Below are positions 19,867 through 29,066 of a DNA stretch of 64,000 nt, piece after piece. Source of the DNA: Corallococcus exiguus (GTDB taxonomy: Bacteria > Myxococcota > Myxococcia > Myxococcales > Myxococcaceae); contig NZ_JAAAPK010000002.1 in assembly GCF_009909105.1 (NCBI RefSeq), positions 477,827 through 541,826 on the forward strand, read 5' to 3'. The position numbers were made by a program, and so were the translations under genes. Within the stretch, counting starts at the first letter, position 1; the number at the start of each line of letters is the position of its first letter. The notes beneath the pieces were generated by a model. It worked only from the letters and a program-made list of their open reading frames with translations. It searched no databases and had not been told where the DNA came from.

Positions 19867-20408
19867 AGGTGACCCCGCTGGCGATTCCGGACGTCCTGCT
19901 CATCGAGCCGAAGGTGTTCGGCGACGACCGGGGCTTCTTCCTCGAGTCCTTCCACGCGAAGCGCTACGCGGACGTGGGGGTGGTCGGCCCGTTCGTGCAG
20001 GACAACCTGTCGCGCTCGGTGAAGGGCACGCTGCGAGGCCTGCACTTCCAGGAGCCGAACGCGCAGGGCAAGTTGGTGCAGTGCCTGGCGGGCGCGGTGT
20101 GGGACGTGGCGGTGGACATCCGCAAGGGGTCCCCCACGTTCGGCCGCTGGGTGGCCGCGGAGCTGACGGGCGAAAACAAGCATCAGCTCTGGGTGCCCGC
20201 GGGCTTGGCGCACGGGTTCTGCGTGGTGAGCGACTCGGCGGACTTCTTCTACAAGTGCACCGCGCTGTACTCCCCGGAGTCCGAGCAGAGCGTCGCCTGG
20301 GATGATCCAGACCTGGCCATCCCGTGGCCGGTGAAGCAGCCGCTCTTGTCGGCGAAGGATCAGCGCGCGCCCCGGTTGAAGGACGCGCCCGTGCTGCCCG
20401 TTTTCTAA
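19863..20408 (+). CDS. rmlC: dTDP-4-dehydrorhamnose 3,5-epimerase
   Basis: The GTG start overlaps the rmlA stop (GTGA). The FGDDRGFF...RGLHFQ motifs are diagnostic of RmlC cupins. Confidence 0.9.
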   Translation: MKVTPLAIPDVLLIEPKVFGDDRGFFLESFHAKRYADVGVVGPFVQDNLSRSVKGTLRGLHFQEPNAQGKLVQCLAGAVWDVAVDIRKGSPTFGRWVAAELTGENKHQLWVPAGLAHGFCVVSDSADFFYKCTALYSPESEQSVAWDDPDLAIPWPVKQPLLSAKDQRAPRLKDAPVLPVF

Positions 20409-20574
20409 CGCGAAGGGCGGCCGGGCAGGCGTGGCGCGGGGGCTTGTCATTCCCCGCCCCCTGCGCGGTAAGCAGGCAGGGGGACGAGCACCGTCCCAAG
20501 GGAGGAAGCCAGCCGGGGGATGGAATGCCCAATCTCCTCCAAGGAGGAGACGCATGGTCCTGCCCGGCAGGGGA

Positions 20575-21615
20575 ATGAGTTGGAAGGAGTTCTTCAAGTC
20601 CCTCAAGAATGAGTGGGGGCGCGACAACGTGGGCAACGTCGCGGGAGCGCTGACGTTCTCCGCCATCATGGCGCTGTTCCCGTTCCTGCTGTTCCTCGTG
20701 TCACTGGCCGGTGTGTTGATTGATCCGCACCAGGCGCAGCAGCTCATCCAGGAGCTGTCGAAGGTGGCGCCCCAGGAGGTGACGAAGATCCTGGGCGAGC
20801 GGCTGGAGGCGCTGGCGAGCAGCAATCCGGTGGGGCTCTTGACGATCGGTGGCGTGGGCGCCATCTGGGCCGCCTCCGGCGGTGTGGTGGCGCTGATGGA
20901 TGCGCTCAACACTGTCTACGGCGTGACGGAGAAGCGCCCGTTCTGGAAGAAGCGCGGCCTCGCGCTGCTGACGACGCTGGGGACGGCGGTGACGGTGGTG
21001 CTGGCGGCCCTCGTCGCCATCGTGACGCCGGCGATCGCGAACCGGCTGGGCGAGCCGTTCACCGGCATCGTGCTGTGGCTGCGCATGCCGGTGGCAGGCC
21101 TGCTGATGATGATGCTGCTGGCGGTGCTGTACTACGTGCTGCCGGACGTGAAGCAGAAGTTCAAGTTCATCACGCCGGGCTCGGTGGTGAGCGTGCTCAT
21201 CTGGGTGATCGCCTCGTGGGGCTTCTCGAAGTACGTGGCGAACTTCGGCTCGTATGACGTGAACTACGGCGCCATCGGCGGTGTCATCGTGATGCTGCTG
21301 TGGATGCAGATCTCCTGCATGGTCGTGCTGCTGGGTGCGGAGATCAACGGCATCCTCGAGCACAAGTCGCCGGACGGGAAGGCTCCGGGTTCGCGTGATC
21401 CGGACGCGCCGGGACCGAACGTGACGAAGACGGAGGCGGAAGAGAAGGGCGCGAACCTCCCCGGTTCCACGGACTTCCGTCCGGTTCCGCCCCAGCCGCG
21501 GTACGAGAACCGCCCGGTGCCGCTGAGCAAGACGCCGCTGGCCGCCGCGGCGAAGTGGGCCGCGGGCGTGGGCCTGGGCGTGTTCCTGATGCGCCGCAAG
21601 TCCACGGCGCGGTAG
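20575..21615 (+). CDS. YihY/BrkB (virulence factor BrkB/RNase BN-like) family membrane protein
   Basis: GALTFSAIMALFPFLLF...VLYYVLPDVKQKFKFITPGS...YGAIGGVIVMLLWMQISCMVVLLGAEIN is the typical YihY family pattern with 6 TM segments. Confidence 0.8.
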   Translation: MSWKEFFKSLKNEWGRDNVGNVAGALTFSAIMALFPFLLFLVSLAGVLIDPHQAQQLIQELSKVAPQEVTKILGERLEALASSNPVGLLTIGGVGAIWAASGGVVALMDALNTVYGVTEKRPFWKKRGLALLTTLGTAVTVVLAALVAIVTPAIANRLGEPFTGIVLWLRMPVAGLLMMMLLAVLYYVLPDVKQKFKFITPGSVVSVLIWVIASWGFSKYVANFGSYDVNYGAIGGVIVMLLWMQISCMVVLLGAEINGILEHKSPDGKAPGSRDPDAPGPNVTKTEAEEKGANLPGSTDFRPVPPQPRYENRPVPLSKTPLAAAAKWAAGVGLGVFLMRRKSTAR

Positions 21616-21625
21616 GCCTGTGGGT

Positions 21626-21668
21626 CAACGGCGGGCGGTCCTCGAAAGGGGGCCGCCCGTTGTCATTT
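21626..21668 (+). terminator. Candidate intrinsic terminator hairpin between convergent genes
   Basis: GC-rich imperfect inverted repeat CAACGGCGGGCGG...CCGCCCGTTG, followed by TCATTTT on the + strand. Lies between the BrkB stop (21615) and the convergent lipoprotein stop (21669). Confidence 0.35.
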
Positions 21669-22154
21669 TCACGGCAGCGGTGACGTGACGTAGTCCGTCC
21701 CGTCGGAGTGGCAGCCGTGGCAGGCCGAGTGGGCGCGGCCGTAGTAGTTCCGGGTGTAGTCGGGGCCGAAGCCCTCGTAGAAGATCCAGGTGTCCTTGCC
21801 GGGGCCTTCCGAGACCTTCACGTCCAGCGCGTGGCCTCGGAGTGTCTTCCCGTCGTCCTCGAAGAGCTCCTTCACCAGGATGCTGCCCACGGGGTGTGTG
21901 GCGTTGCCGTCGCGCAGCGAACGCACGACGACGTCGTTGAAGAACACGCGGACCTTGCTGCCGTGGGGCGCGCGCGTGTCGTGGACCGAGGGCTCCGCGA
22001 GCCAGGAGGCGTACTCGCCCGAGCGGACGAAGGCGGTGATGCCGGTCTCGGATGTGTCGATGCCCTGGACGACGCCGAGGCCCTCGTCCACGGAGGAGGA
22101 GGGGCCGCAGGCGGCGGCGAACAGGACCATGAGCGGCAGGATGTGGGCGCGCAT
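21669..22154 (-). CDS. Secreted lipoprotein of unknown function with a single C-terminal CxxCH motif
   Basis: Signal peptide plus lipobox (LFAAACG). SACHGCHSDG contains C-H-G-C-H, which fits the c-type heme-binding CxxCH pattern. Confidence 0.5.
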   Translation of the reverse strand: MRAHILPLMVLFAAACGPSSSVDEGLGVVQGIDTSETGITAFVRSGEYASWLAEPSVHDTRAPHGSKVRVFFNDVVVRSLRDGNATHPVGSILVKELFEDDGKTLRGHALDVKVSEGPGKDTWIFYEGFGPDYTRNYYGRAHSACHGCHSDGTDYVTSPLP

Positions 22155-22193
22155 GGTCAGGACTACGCCGGGGGCGCGGAGGCGGTTACAGCC

Positions 22194-22814
22194 TCATTGC
22201 GGCGCGTAGTTGTGGCTCAGGTCGAAGACGAGGGCCTTCACGATGGGCGTGATGGAGAGCTCGATGCGGCCCCGGTTCAGGTCCGCGCGGGTGACCTGGT
22301 AGGAGAGGCCGCCGAACGCGTCATCGAAGGTGAAGTCGTCGTTGTCGAAGATGGAGATTTCGAGCGGGTAGCGCAGCAGGTTGGACGTGATGACCTGGCA
22401 GCCGCCGGAGCGCCATTCGGGGTCCCAGCTCTCGTCCTCCTCGGTGCGGGAGCGCTCGGGAGCGCCGGGACACTTCATCTCCACGACGACGTCCGGAGGA
22501 GAGCCGTCGGAGTCCCAGTCCTCGCCCGTATCCGGGTCGACGTCCGCGATGGTGGCGTACCGAGGCTGGATATAGGTGCGCATCACGCCCACGTAGCAGG
22601 TGTGCTGGTCGAGCCGGCAGACGCTGCCCTCCGCGCAGGGTTCACAGGCGCTGCCATTGGGGCCGCATTCCGAGTCGCTCCGGAACGAGATGCACTCATT
22701 GAACGAGGAGCAGCAGCCGTCCGCGCAGTTCTCCGGGGTGCAGTCGTAGGGACCGCAGGCGGGGAGCCACAGCGCGCACATCAGGACGAACATCCACCAG
22801 CCGATGACTTTCAT
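22194..22814 (-). CDS. Secreted cysteine-rich lipoprotein (myxobacterial Cys-rich repeat-like)
   Basis: Signal peptide and lipobox (LWLPACG). Twelve Cys in the first ~60 mature residues (CTPENCADGCCSSFNECISFRSDSECGPNGSACEPCAEGSVC), then an acidic domain. Confidence 0.5.
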   Translation of the reverse strand: MKVIGWWMFVLMCALWLPACGPYDCTPENCADGCCSSFNECISFRSDSECGPNGSACEPCAEGSVCRLDQHTCYVGVMRTYIQPRYATIADVDPDTGEDWDSDGSPPDVVVEMKCPGAPERSRTEEDESWDPEWRSGGCQVITSNLLRYPLEISIFDNDDFTFDDAFGGLSYQVTRADLNRGRIELSITPIVKALVFDLSHNYAPQ

Positions 22815-22837
22815 GAGCGCGGTGAACGCTACCCGCT

Positions 22838-23344
22838 TCAGGTCCGTCCGTCCCGAGCGTTGCGAGCGACGGCCTTCTCGTAGGCGGCCTGAAGCTCGCG
22901 GAACACCGAGCGGGAAGGGCGCGGCGCGTCCAGGTGCAGGTGGCGCAGCTCTTCCATGAATGCGTTCCAGAGGGACGGGCCGCCCTTTTCCAGCAGCTCC
23001 GCGCGCACCGACAGCTCTTCGCTCACCTGCGTGTGCCGGCGGCCCCAGGCACCCATGTGCGCGAGCAGGGGCACCAGTTGGATGGACGCCTCCGTGAGGC
23101 TGTAGATGCCTTTCTGCTGGTGGTTCGGATCCGGGCGTCGCGACAGCAGGCCGGACGCGGTCAGGCGCTTCAGCCGGTCCGCGAGGATGTTGGAGGCGAT
23201 GCCTTCCTCGCTCTGCGAGAGCAGGTCGCCGTAGCTGCGCCGGTTCCCGAACATGACGTCGCGGATGACGATCAGGCTCCAGCGGTCGCCAAGCTGTTCG
23301 AGCGTCAGGTTGATGGGGCAGCCGGAGCGCCCTGTCTGCGGCAT
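22838..23344 (-). CDS. HxlR-family winged-helix transcriptional regulator
   Basis: CPINLTLEQLGDRWSLIVIRDVMFGNRRSYGDLL is the HxlR/MarR-like wHTH signature. The internal ATG was chosen over the ORF start at 23389. Confidence 0.75.
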   Translation of the reverse strand: MPQTGRSGCPINLTLEQLGDRWSLIVIRDVMFGNRRSYGDLLSQSEEGIASNILADRLKRLTASGLLSRRPDPNHQQKGIYSLTEASIQLVPLLAHMGAWGRRHTQVSEELSVRAELLEKGGPSLWNAFMEELRHLHLDAPRPSRSVFRELQAAYEKAVARNARDGRT

Positions 23345-23441
23345 GGCCGTGCTCCTGGGGTTCCTGCTTGCAGTATGCAAGCGGTCCAAATACGGTTCAA
23401 CCCGTTGTGAAACGCAAGTGGTCGAAAGGAGAGGTCCGACG

Positions 23442-24101
23442 ATGTCGCTCGCGGTCTACGGTCACTATTTCTCTTCGTACACGCAGAAGGTGCTCATCGC
23501 GCTGTATGAGAACGGCACGTCCTTCGAGTTTCGAAGTATCAGCCCGGAGACACCGGAGCATTCAGCCGAATGGCTGCGCCGCTGGCCGCTGCGCAAGTTC
23601 CCGCTGCTGGTGGACGGTGACCGTCAGGTCGTCGAGACGAGCATCATCATCGAGTATCTCCAGCTGAAGCATCCCGGGTCGGTGCGCCTGCTGCCCGAGG
23701 ATCCGCTGGCCGCGCTGGACGTGCGGTTCCTCGACCGCTTCTTCGACCTGCACGTCATGAACATGGTCCAGCACGCCGTGGACGGCGCGCTGACGGGGGA
23801 CCCCGTGAAGCGCCAGGACGGGATGAAGCTGGCGGTGGAGAAGCTGGAGCGCGCCTACGGTTGGATTGAAGGCCAGCTGGGCGGCAGGACCTGGGCCGCG
23901 GGCAACGACTTCACGCTGGCTGACTGTGCGGCCGCGCCGTCCTTGTTCTACGCGGATTGGACGCACCGGATTCCCGAGTCATGTCCCCAGCTGCGCGCCT
24001 ATCGCGCGAGGTTGCTCGCGCGTCCGTCCGTGGCTCGGGCGGTGGATGGAGGGAGGCCATACCGCCCGCTCTTCCCGCTGGGAGCGCCGGACCGGGATTG
24101 A
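23442..24101 (+). CDS. Glutathione S-transferase
   Basis: N-terminal thioredoxin-like GST fold (SSYTQKVLIALYENG...FPLLVDGD...ETSIIIEYL) and a C-terminal helical domain. Divergent from the HxlR regulator. Confidence 0.75.
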   Translation: MSLAVYGHYFSSYTQKVLIALYENGTSFEFRSISPETPEHSAEWLRRWPLRKFPLLVDGDRQVVETSIIIEYLQLKHPGSVRLLPEDPLAALDVRFLDRFFDLHVMNMVQHAVDGALTGDPVKRQDGMKLAVEKLERAYGWIEGQLGGRTWAAGNDFTLADCAAAPSLFYADWTHRIPESCPQLRAYRARLLARPSVARAVDGGRPYRPLFPLGAPDRD

Positions 24102-24108
24102 GATGGGG

Positions 24109-25860
24109 TCAAGGCCGCGGGGGCGTGGAGACCGCGGCCATGATGTATCGGGGCAGGAGTTCCTCGCGGAACTTCCGCCAGAGGGCGACGTGGTTGTAGT
24201 TGCCCGCCGTGAACAGCACGACGAGGTCCAGCTCCGGGACGACCATCACCAGCTGGCCACCGTTGCCGCTGGCTTCGTACTGCGAATACACACGGCCGCC
24301 GACGCGCAGGTCATGGCGCCACCACGTGTAGCCATAGGTTCGTCCGTCCGGCATCGTCGCCTGGTTCGCGACGGAGCGTTCCACCCAGCGCTGGCTGACC
24401 ACGCGCTTTCCGTTCCAAGTGCCACCGGAGAGGTAGAGCTGCCCGAGCTTCAGGGCATCGCGCGGGCGCATGTAGATGCCGCCGCCGAGGTACTGCTCGC
24501 CGTCGGGCATCAGGTCCAGGTGGTAGCCGCGCATCTGGAGGGGCGTGGCGACGTTCTTCGTGAAGAACTCGGGGATCCAGGTGCGGGTGGTGTTGCGGAG
24601 GACGCCGCCCAGCAGGTTGATGTTCGCGGAGCAGTACACGGCCTTCCCGTCGCCGGGAGCGCGGACCATGGGGAGGTCCAGCGTGTACTTGTACCAATCC
24701 GGTACGGAGTCCTCGAACCGGTCCTCGTTGCCGGGTGAATCCGGATTGTCGTCGTCACAGGCCAGGCCCGTCGCCATGGTCATCAAGTGCGCGACGGTGA
24801 GCTTGCGCTTGCGCGCATCCAGGTTGGAGAGCTTGCCCTTGTACTCGGGGAAGAGTGAGGCGACGGGCGTGTCCACGGTGAAGGGGGCACCCTGGTCCAG
24901 GGCAATGCCAGTCAGCAGGGACGCGTAGGACTTCGAGGAGGACCGCAGGTCGTGGGGGCGCTCCTTGTCGAAGCCCTGGAAGTACTCTTCGACGATGAGC
25001 TTTCCATGGCGCGCGATGAGCAGGCCCTGGATGGCGGGGACTGACTCTGGGCTCGGTTCCTGGTCGAGGATGCGCTGCACGAGCTGCTGGAGCGGCTGGA
25101 CGTCCATGCCGACGTCGGCAGGGGATGCCGTGGTCCATCCGTCGTCCTCCGCGATGGGCTTCTGGTAGGCGTAGGGGCCTGGGGCGGGCGTGCGGGAGTG
25201 GAGGCCCACGGCCTGCGAATGGTCCCGGCGGGTGAAGTCGAACGTCGTATCGAAGGGAGGGTAGGGGAGCGACAGCCGTCCGGACTGCGCGTCGAACGTG
25301 CCTTCGATCTGGGTGTCGCCCTTGGTGGACGTGAGCCGGACCGTGCGGCCCTGGAGGTCGACACGGAAGAGCATCCGGTTCCCGAAGTTCCGCTCCGGAT
25401 TGCGAATGAACGCTGTCACGGAGCCGTCAGGCTGCTTCTGGACGACGAGGTACAGCGAGAACCGGTCCTCCAGCGGAGCCACCGTGCCGCGCCAGACACC
25501 CGGCTGAAGTGTGCGCAGTTCCACCGGACTGGCGAACTTCATCCCGCTCATGAGCACGCGCGGCTGGATCCAGTGGCCGGTGATGCTCTGCCCATTCTCC
25601 GCCAACGTCGCTCGGAGTTCGCCTCCTGAGAAGACGACGGAAACCTTCCGGTTCTCAACCCGCGCAGGAACATCGAATCCGGCGATGCGCGCGCGCCAGG
25701 TGTTCCCTTCCCGAACCAGCGTCAGTTCGCCTCGGACTTGAGGACCCAGGACGCGCTCACTGCCCCAGATGCCCACCAATTGCTCGGCTGGAATGGAAAC
25801 AGCGCCGACATGGACAGGGAGCAGCGCCAGCAGAAGCCCAAGGAAGCGGTAACGGGTCAT
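24109..25860 (-). CDS. Serine hydrolase, beta-lactamase/PBP4-like family, secreted
   Basis: Signal peptide. The SSSKSY motif (SxxK) sits inside a beta-lactamase-like domain, downstream of an N-terminal beta-rich region. Confidence 0.7.
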   Translation of the reverse strand: MTRYRFLGLLLALLPVHVGAVSIPAEQLVGIWGSERVLGPQVRGELTLVREGNTWRARIAGFDVPARVENRKVSVVFSGGELRATLAENGQSITGHWIQPRVLMSGMKFASPVELRTLQPGVWRGTVAPLEDRFSLYLVVQKQPDGSVTAFIRNPERNFGNRMLFRVDLQGRTVRLTSTKGDTQIEGTFDAQSGRLSLPYPPFDTTFDFTRRDHSQAVGLHSRTPAPGPYAYQKPIAEDDGWTTASPADVGMDVQPLQQLVQRILDQEPSPESVPAIQGLLIARHGKLIVEEYFQGFDKERPHDLRSSSKSYASLLTGIALDQGAPFTVDTPVASLFPEYKGKLSNLDARKRKLTVAHLMTMATGLACDDDNPDSPGNEDRFEDSVPDWYKYTLDLPMVRAPGDGKAVYCSANINLLGGVLRNTTRTWIPEFFTKNVATPLQMRGYHLDLMPDGEQYLGGGIYMRPRDALKLGQLYLSGGTWNGKRVVSQRWVERSVANQATMPDGRTYGYTWWRHDLRVGGRVYSQYEASGNGGQLVMVVPELDLVVLFTAGNYNHVALWRKFREELLPRYIMAAVSTPPRP

Positions 25861-25881
25861 GGTCTGCTATTCATACGTCTC

Positions 25882-26979
25882 GTGACATCCCACGTCGGCA
25901 AATACCAGCGCATCCGCCTGCTCACCGAAGGCATCATCGAGGATCATCTGGCCAAGACTGCTGGCCCGCAGGGCGTCGAGAAGACGCTGGTGCTCCAGTG
26001 CCTGCGCTCGGACATGGCCGAGCAGGTGGATTTCCCGGAGATGTTCCTCGACACGGCGAGGGACGCCGCCCGGCTCACTCACCCGCACCTCGCGAAGGTC
26101 TTCGATTTCGGTGAAGCGGACGGCACGTATTTCCTAGCCAGGGAGCACATCGATGGGCCTGGTCTGCGCAGGGTGATCAAGCACGTGGCGGCCGAGCGGA
26201 TGACCCTGCCGGCGACCCTGTGCGCGCGCATCATCTCGCAAGCCTGCGAGGGGCTCGCCTATGCCCACGACCTCACCGACCCCAAGACGAGCCAGCCGCT
26301 GCGGCTCATCCACCGCTGCATCCGGCCGTACAACATCCTCTTGTCGCGCCAGGGGGAGACCCAGGTGGTGGACTTCGGCATCGACCATTTCCGGGCGCGG
26401 TGGACCCCCCAGCACCACATCCCCGATATGAGCAAGTACAGGTACATGGCGCCCGAGGAGATCAGGGGCGTGCCGGTGGACCGGCGGGTGGACGTCTACG
26501 CGCTGGGTCTGGTGCTCTACGAACTGCTCACCACGCGCAGGCCCTTTGAATCCACGTCCGACTGGGACTTGTTTCGGGCCGTCGTATCCGAGCCCATCGT
26601 GCCCGCCGAGCAGCACCGGCCGGACCTGCCCGATGCCCTTCGATCCATCCTCGCCCGGGCGCTCGCGAAGGATCGGGATCAGCGCTACCCGGACTGTCAC
26701 GCGTTCCGGAAGGACCTGGAGGATTTCATCCGCTCGGTGGGTGAGCCGGTGACCCCGCGGCAGGTGGCCCAGCTCGTCCAGCAGGTCTCTCCGAGCGACG
26801 ACCCGACCGCCATCGCCCCGGCTCCGGACGGCCCGGAGAGCCAGGCACGGCCCCGCGTGGGACGAGGCTGGATCCTCGCGGCGGCAGTCGGCCTGGCGGT
26901 CCTGCTCGGAGGCGGCGCCCTGCTCTGGAAGATGGGCGCCGCGCCAGAACCCGGGAAGGTTCGCGCTACTCCACCGTGA
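25882..26979 (+). CDS. Pseudokinase: Ser/Thr protein kinase-like domain lacking catalytic residues, with C-terminal TM helix
   Basis: The kinase-fold landmarks are present (DFG in VVDFGID, APE in YMAPEE, RYPDCHAF). The Gly-loop is degenerate (LTEGIIEDHL), the VAIK Lys is replaced (TLVLQCL) and HRD reads HRC (HRCIRPYNILL). The in-frame GTG at 25882 was chosen because the ORF-track start at 25738 overlaps the upstream gene. Confidence 0.65.
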   Translation: MTSHVGKYQRIRLLTEGIIEDHLAKTAGPQGVEKTLVLQCLRSDMAEQVDFPEMFLDTARDAARLTHPHLAKVFDFGEADGTYFLAREHIDGPGLRRVIKHVAAERMTLPATLCARIISQACEGLAYAHDLTDPKTSQPLRLIHRCIRPYNILLSRQGETQVVDFGIDHFRARWTPQHHIPDMSKYRYMAPEEIRGVPVDRRVDVYALGLVLYELLTTRRPFESTSDWDLFRAVVSEPIVPAEQHRPDLPDALRSILARALAKDRDQRYPDCHAFRKDLEDFIRSVGEPVTPRQVAQLVQQVSPSDDPTAIAPAPDGPESQARPRVGRGWILAAAVGLAVLLGGGALLWKMGAAPEPGKVRATPP

Positions 26980-28423
26980 GCAGGAGCTGGGCAGATGCTG
27001 GATGGCCCGTCACCGCAAGGACGCGAGACTCCTCTTTGGTCTGCCACTGCCACTCTTTGCCCTGCGACTGCCAGGAGCATGGCTCGACGGTGATGGTCAG
27101 CGGTCCTGAGCCCTCGCCCCGGGGCTTGAAGGTCACCTCCAGCTCCGCGGTGGCCCCTCCCTCCAGTCCGGCGGTAACGCCCACGACGTTCACGCGGAGC
27201 TCCTCCACCATCGGGAGTGGCTGACCGCGATACCGCACGCTCACGTCCACCACGCGAGCGCCGACGAGCACCCCGGACACCCGGATCCGCACCGCCTCAC
27301 ACGCGGTCCCGTCATTGCGCACCACCGCCCGCCACGTCTCAGTCACGGGCGAGGACACGGTCAGCGGCGCCGAGGTGTACTCGGTCCAGTGGATCGCGGG
27401 CGTCTTGTAGCCCACGTGCATGAGCGGCGCGCCCGGGCTCACCGGACGGTTCGAGGCGTCGAGGCGCAAGGGGTGTCCGGGCTCAGCGGTGAGCAGGAAG
27501 AGCGCGTCACTGTCCTCGGGGCCCACCCACCACCGATCAGCCCCCGCGGGCGTCACGGACACGAAGCGGGGCCATTCCCCCGCGAGCGTCTCCATCACCT
27601 GGAGCCCGGGCAGGGACACCAGGAGGACCTTGTCCTGGACGAAGAGGAGCGCCCGGTCCGCGTCGAGGACGCACACCCCGGCACCGCCCCAGGTCAGTTC
27701 ATCCGCATCGTCTTCATCGTCCTCATCATTCGCCTCCGGGATGGAGGCGAGCAGGGTGCCGTCGAGCGCGAAGTGGAGGAGCACCGTCTGCCGGTAGTTG
27801 ATGACGAGCAGGAGGAGCACGCCGTGAGGAGTGGCCTGGGCCCGCCAGATGTCCTGCTCATGGCCCGGCTCCACCTGGAGCGCGCCCTCTGGCTGAGCTG
27901 CCCCCGCGCGGAGCACGTAGACGCGGCCCCGGCCCTTCTCCACGACGGTGATGCCAAAGGGGCTCGTGTCGAGGAACGCCCCATCGGGAGACTGACGGTG
28001 GGGGCGCCCCTCGCTATATCCGTACCCGTGCGTGGCGCGCACGGGCCTGGGCAAGGTCATGGGCTGCCACTGCTGCCCGGACTCATCGGTCGTGAAGAGG
28101 GTGGTCATCTTGAGGGCGCCGTCCACCACCGTTCCAATGAGCCGGTCCCCATCGGAGATGAGATCGAAACATTCCTTCGGGATGGCATGGACGGGAGCGC
28201 TCGCGCCGGCCCCCACGGAGAAGACACGCCGATCCCCGCTCCCCACCCAGACGTCCTTTGCCTCGTCGAGCGCGGCGAGCACCACCGGCGCGGACGGATA
28301 CTCCGGCACGTCTCCGCCTACCTCCCGGCGCACGCCTTCGGCTCCGTGGAAGACGATGAGCCGATGCGGTCTGAGATCGAACAACCACTGTCCATGGGCC
28401 AGAAGACGGCGTCTCGGGTGCAT
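26966..28423 (-). CDS. Hypothetical protein (485 aa), convergent with the pseudokinase
   Basis: Long ORF with balanced composition and no recognisable motifs. It contains an acidic NDEDDEDDADE stretch and several WxG repeats. Confidence 0.5.
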   Translation of the reverse strand: MHPRRRLLAHGQWLFDLRPHRLIVFHGAEGVRREVGGDVPEYPSAPVVLAALDEAKDVWVGSGDRRVFSVGAGASAPVHAIPKECFDLISDGDRLIGTVVDGALKMTTLFTTDESGQQWQPMTLPRPVRATHGYGYSEGRPHRQSPDGAFLDTSPFGITVVEKGRGRVYVLRAGAAQPEGALQVEPGHEQDIWRAQATPHGVLLLLVINYRQTVLLHFALDGTLLASIPEANDEDDEDDADELTWGGAGVCVLDADRALLFVQDKVLLVSLPGLQVMETLAGEWPRFVSVTPAGADRWWVGPEDSDALFLLTAEPGHPLRLDASNRPVSPGAPLMHVGYKTPAIHWTEYTSAPLTVSSPVTETWRAVVRNDGTACEAVRIRVSGVLVGARVVDVSVRYRGQPLPMVEELRVNVVGVTAGLEGGATAELEVTFKPRGEGSGPLTITVEPCSWQSQGKEWQWQTKEESRVLAVTGHPASAQLLLTVE

Positions 28424-28453
28424 GGTTCTGCATCATGCCCGCTAACGCCGGGA

Positions 28454-29066
28454 TCAGTTGAGTTGAAGGAAGGAGAGGCAGTGGCGGAACCAAGCCGCGA
28501 GCTTCGCGAGCGGAGTGCCCGCGCGTAACTGCCTCACCGTCTGTGCCAGGTCCTCAATGGCCCGAGGCGCAAGCCGACGAAGCTGCCGCTTCAGGTCTGC
28601 CCACCACAGCTCGATGGGATTGAAGTCGGGGCTGTAGGTGGGCAGGTACACCACGCAGGCGCCAACGGCTTCGACCGCTTGGCGCACACCGGCCACTTTG
28701 TGGGCACCCAGGTTGTCCATCAGCACCACATCGCCTGGATGGAGCCAGGGGCAAAGCCGCTGGCGGACGAAGCGCACGAAGATGCGGCCATTGATGGCTC
28801 CTCGGTGAGTCACCAACTTGGGCCGGCAGCCCACGCGGATGGCCCCCACGAGCGTCAAGGTCGTCCAGCGGCCTCCAGGACGCACGCCTCGGGCGCGTTG
28901 GCCCACAGGAGCCCAGCCGTACTCGCGCGCCATGGAGGTATGACAGAAGGACTCGTCGAGGAAGACGAGCCGCCGCACGTCCACGACACTCAGGAGCGCG
29001 GCGAGGACGCGCCTGCGCCAGAGGTTATGAGGCGCGTCGCGCTCGCAGGCGGTGAAGGACTTTTCT
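28454..29066 (-). CDS. IS630 transposase OrfB (DDE_3 catalytic part), in -1 frame relative to OrfA
   Basis: ...QEKSFTACERDAPHNLWRRR...LVFLDESFCHTSMAREYGWAPVGQRA...LMDNLGAHK...YLPTYSPDFNPIELWWADLK is the Tc1/IS630 DDE signature. The frame switch is needed near AAGAAAAGT (+ strand ~29060-29070). Confidence 0.75.
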
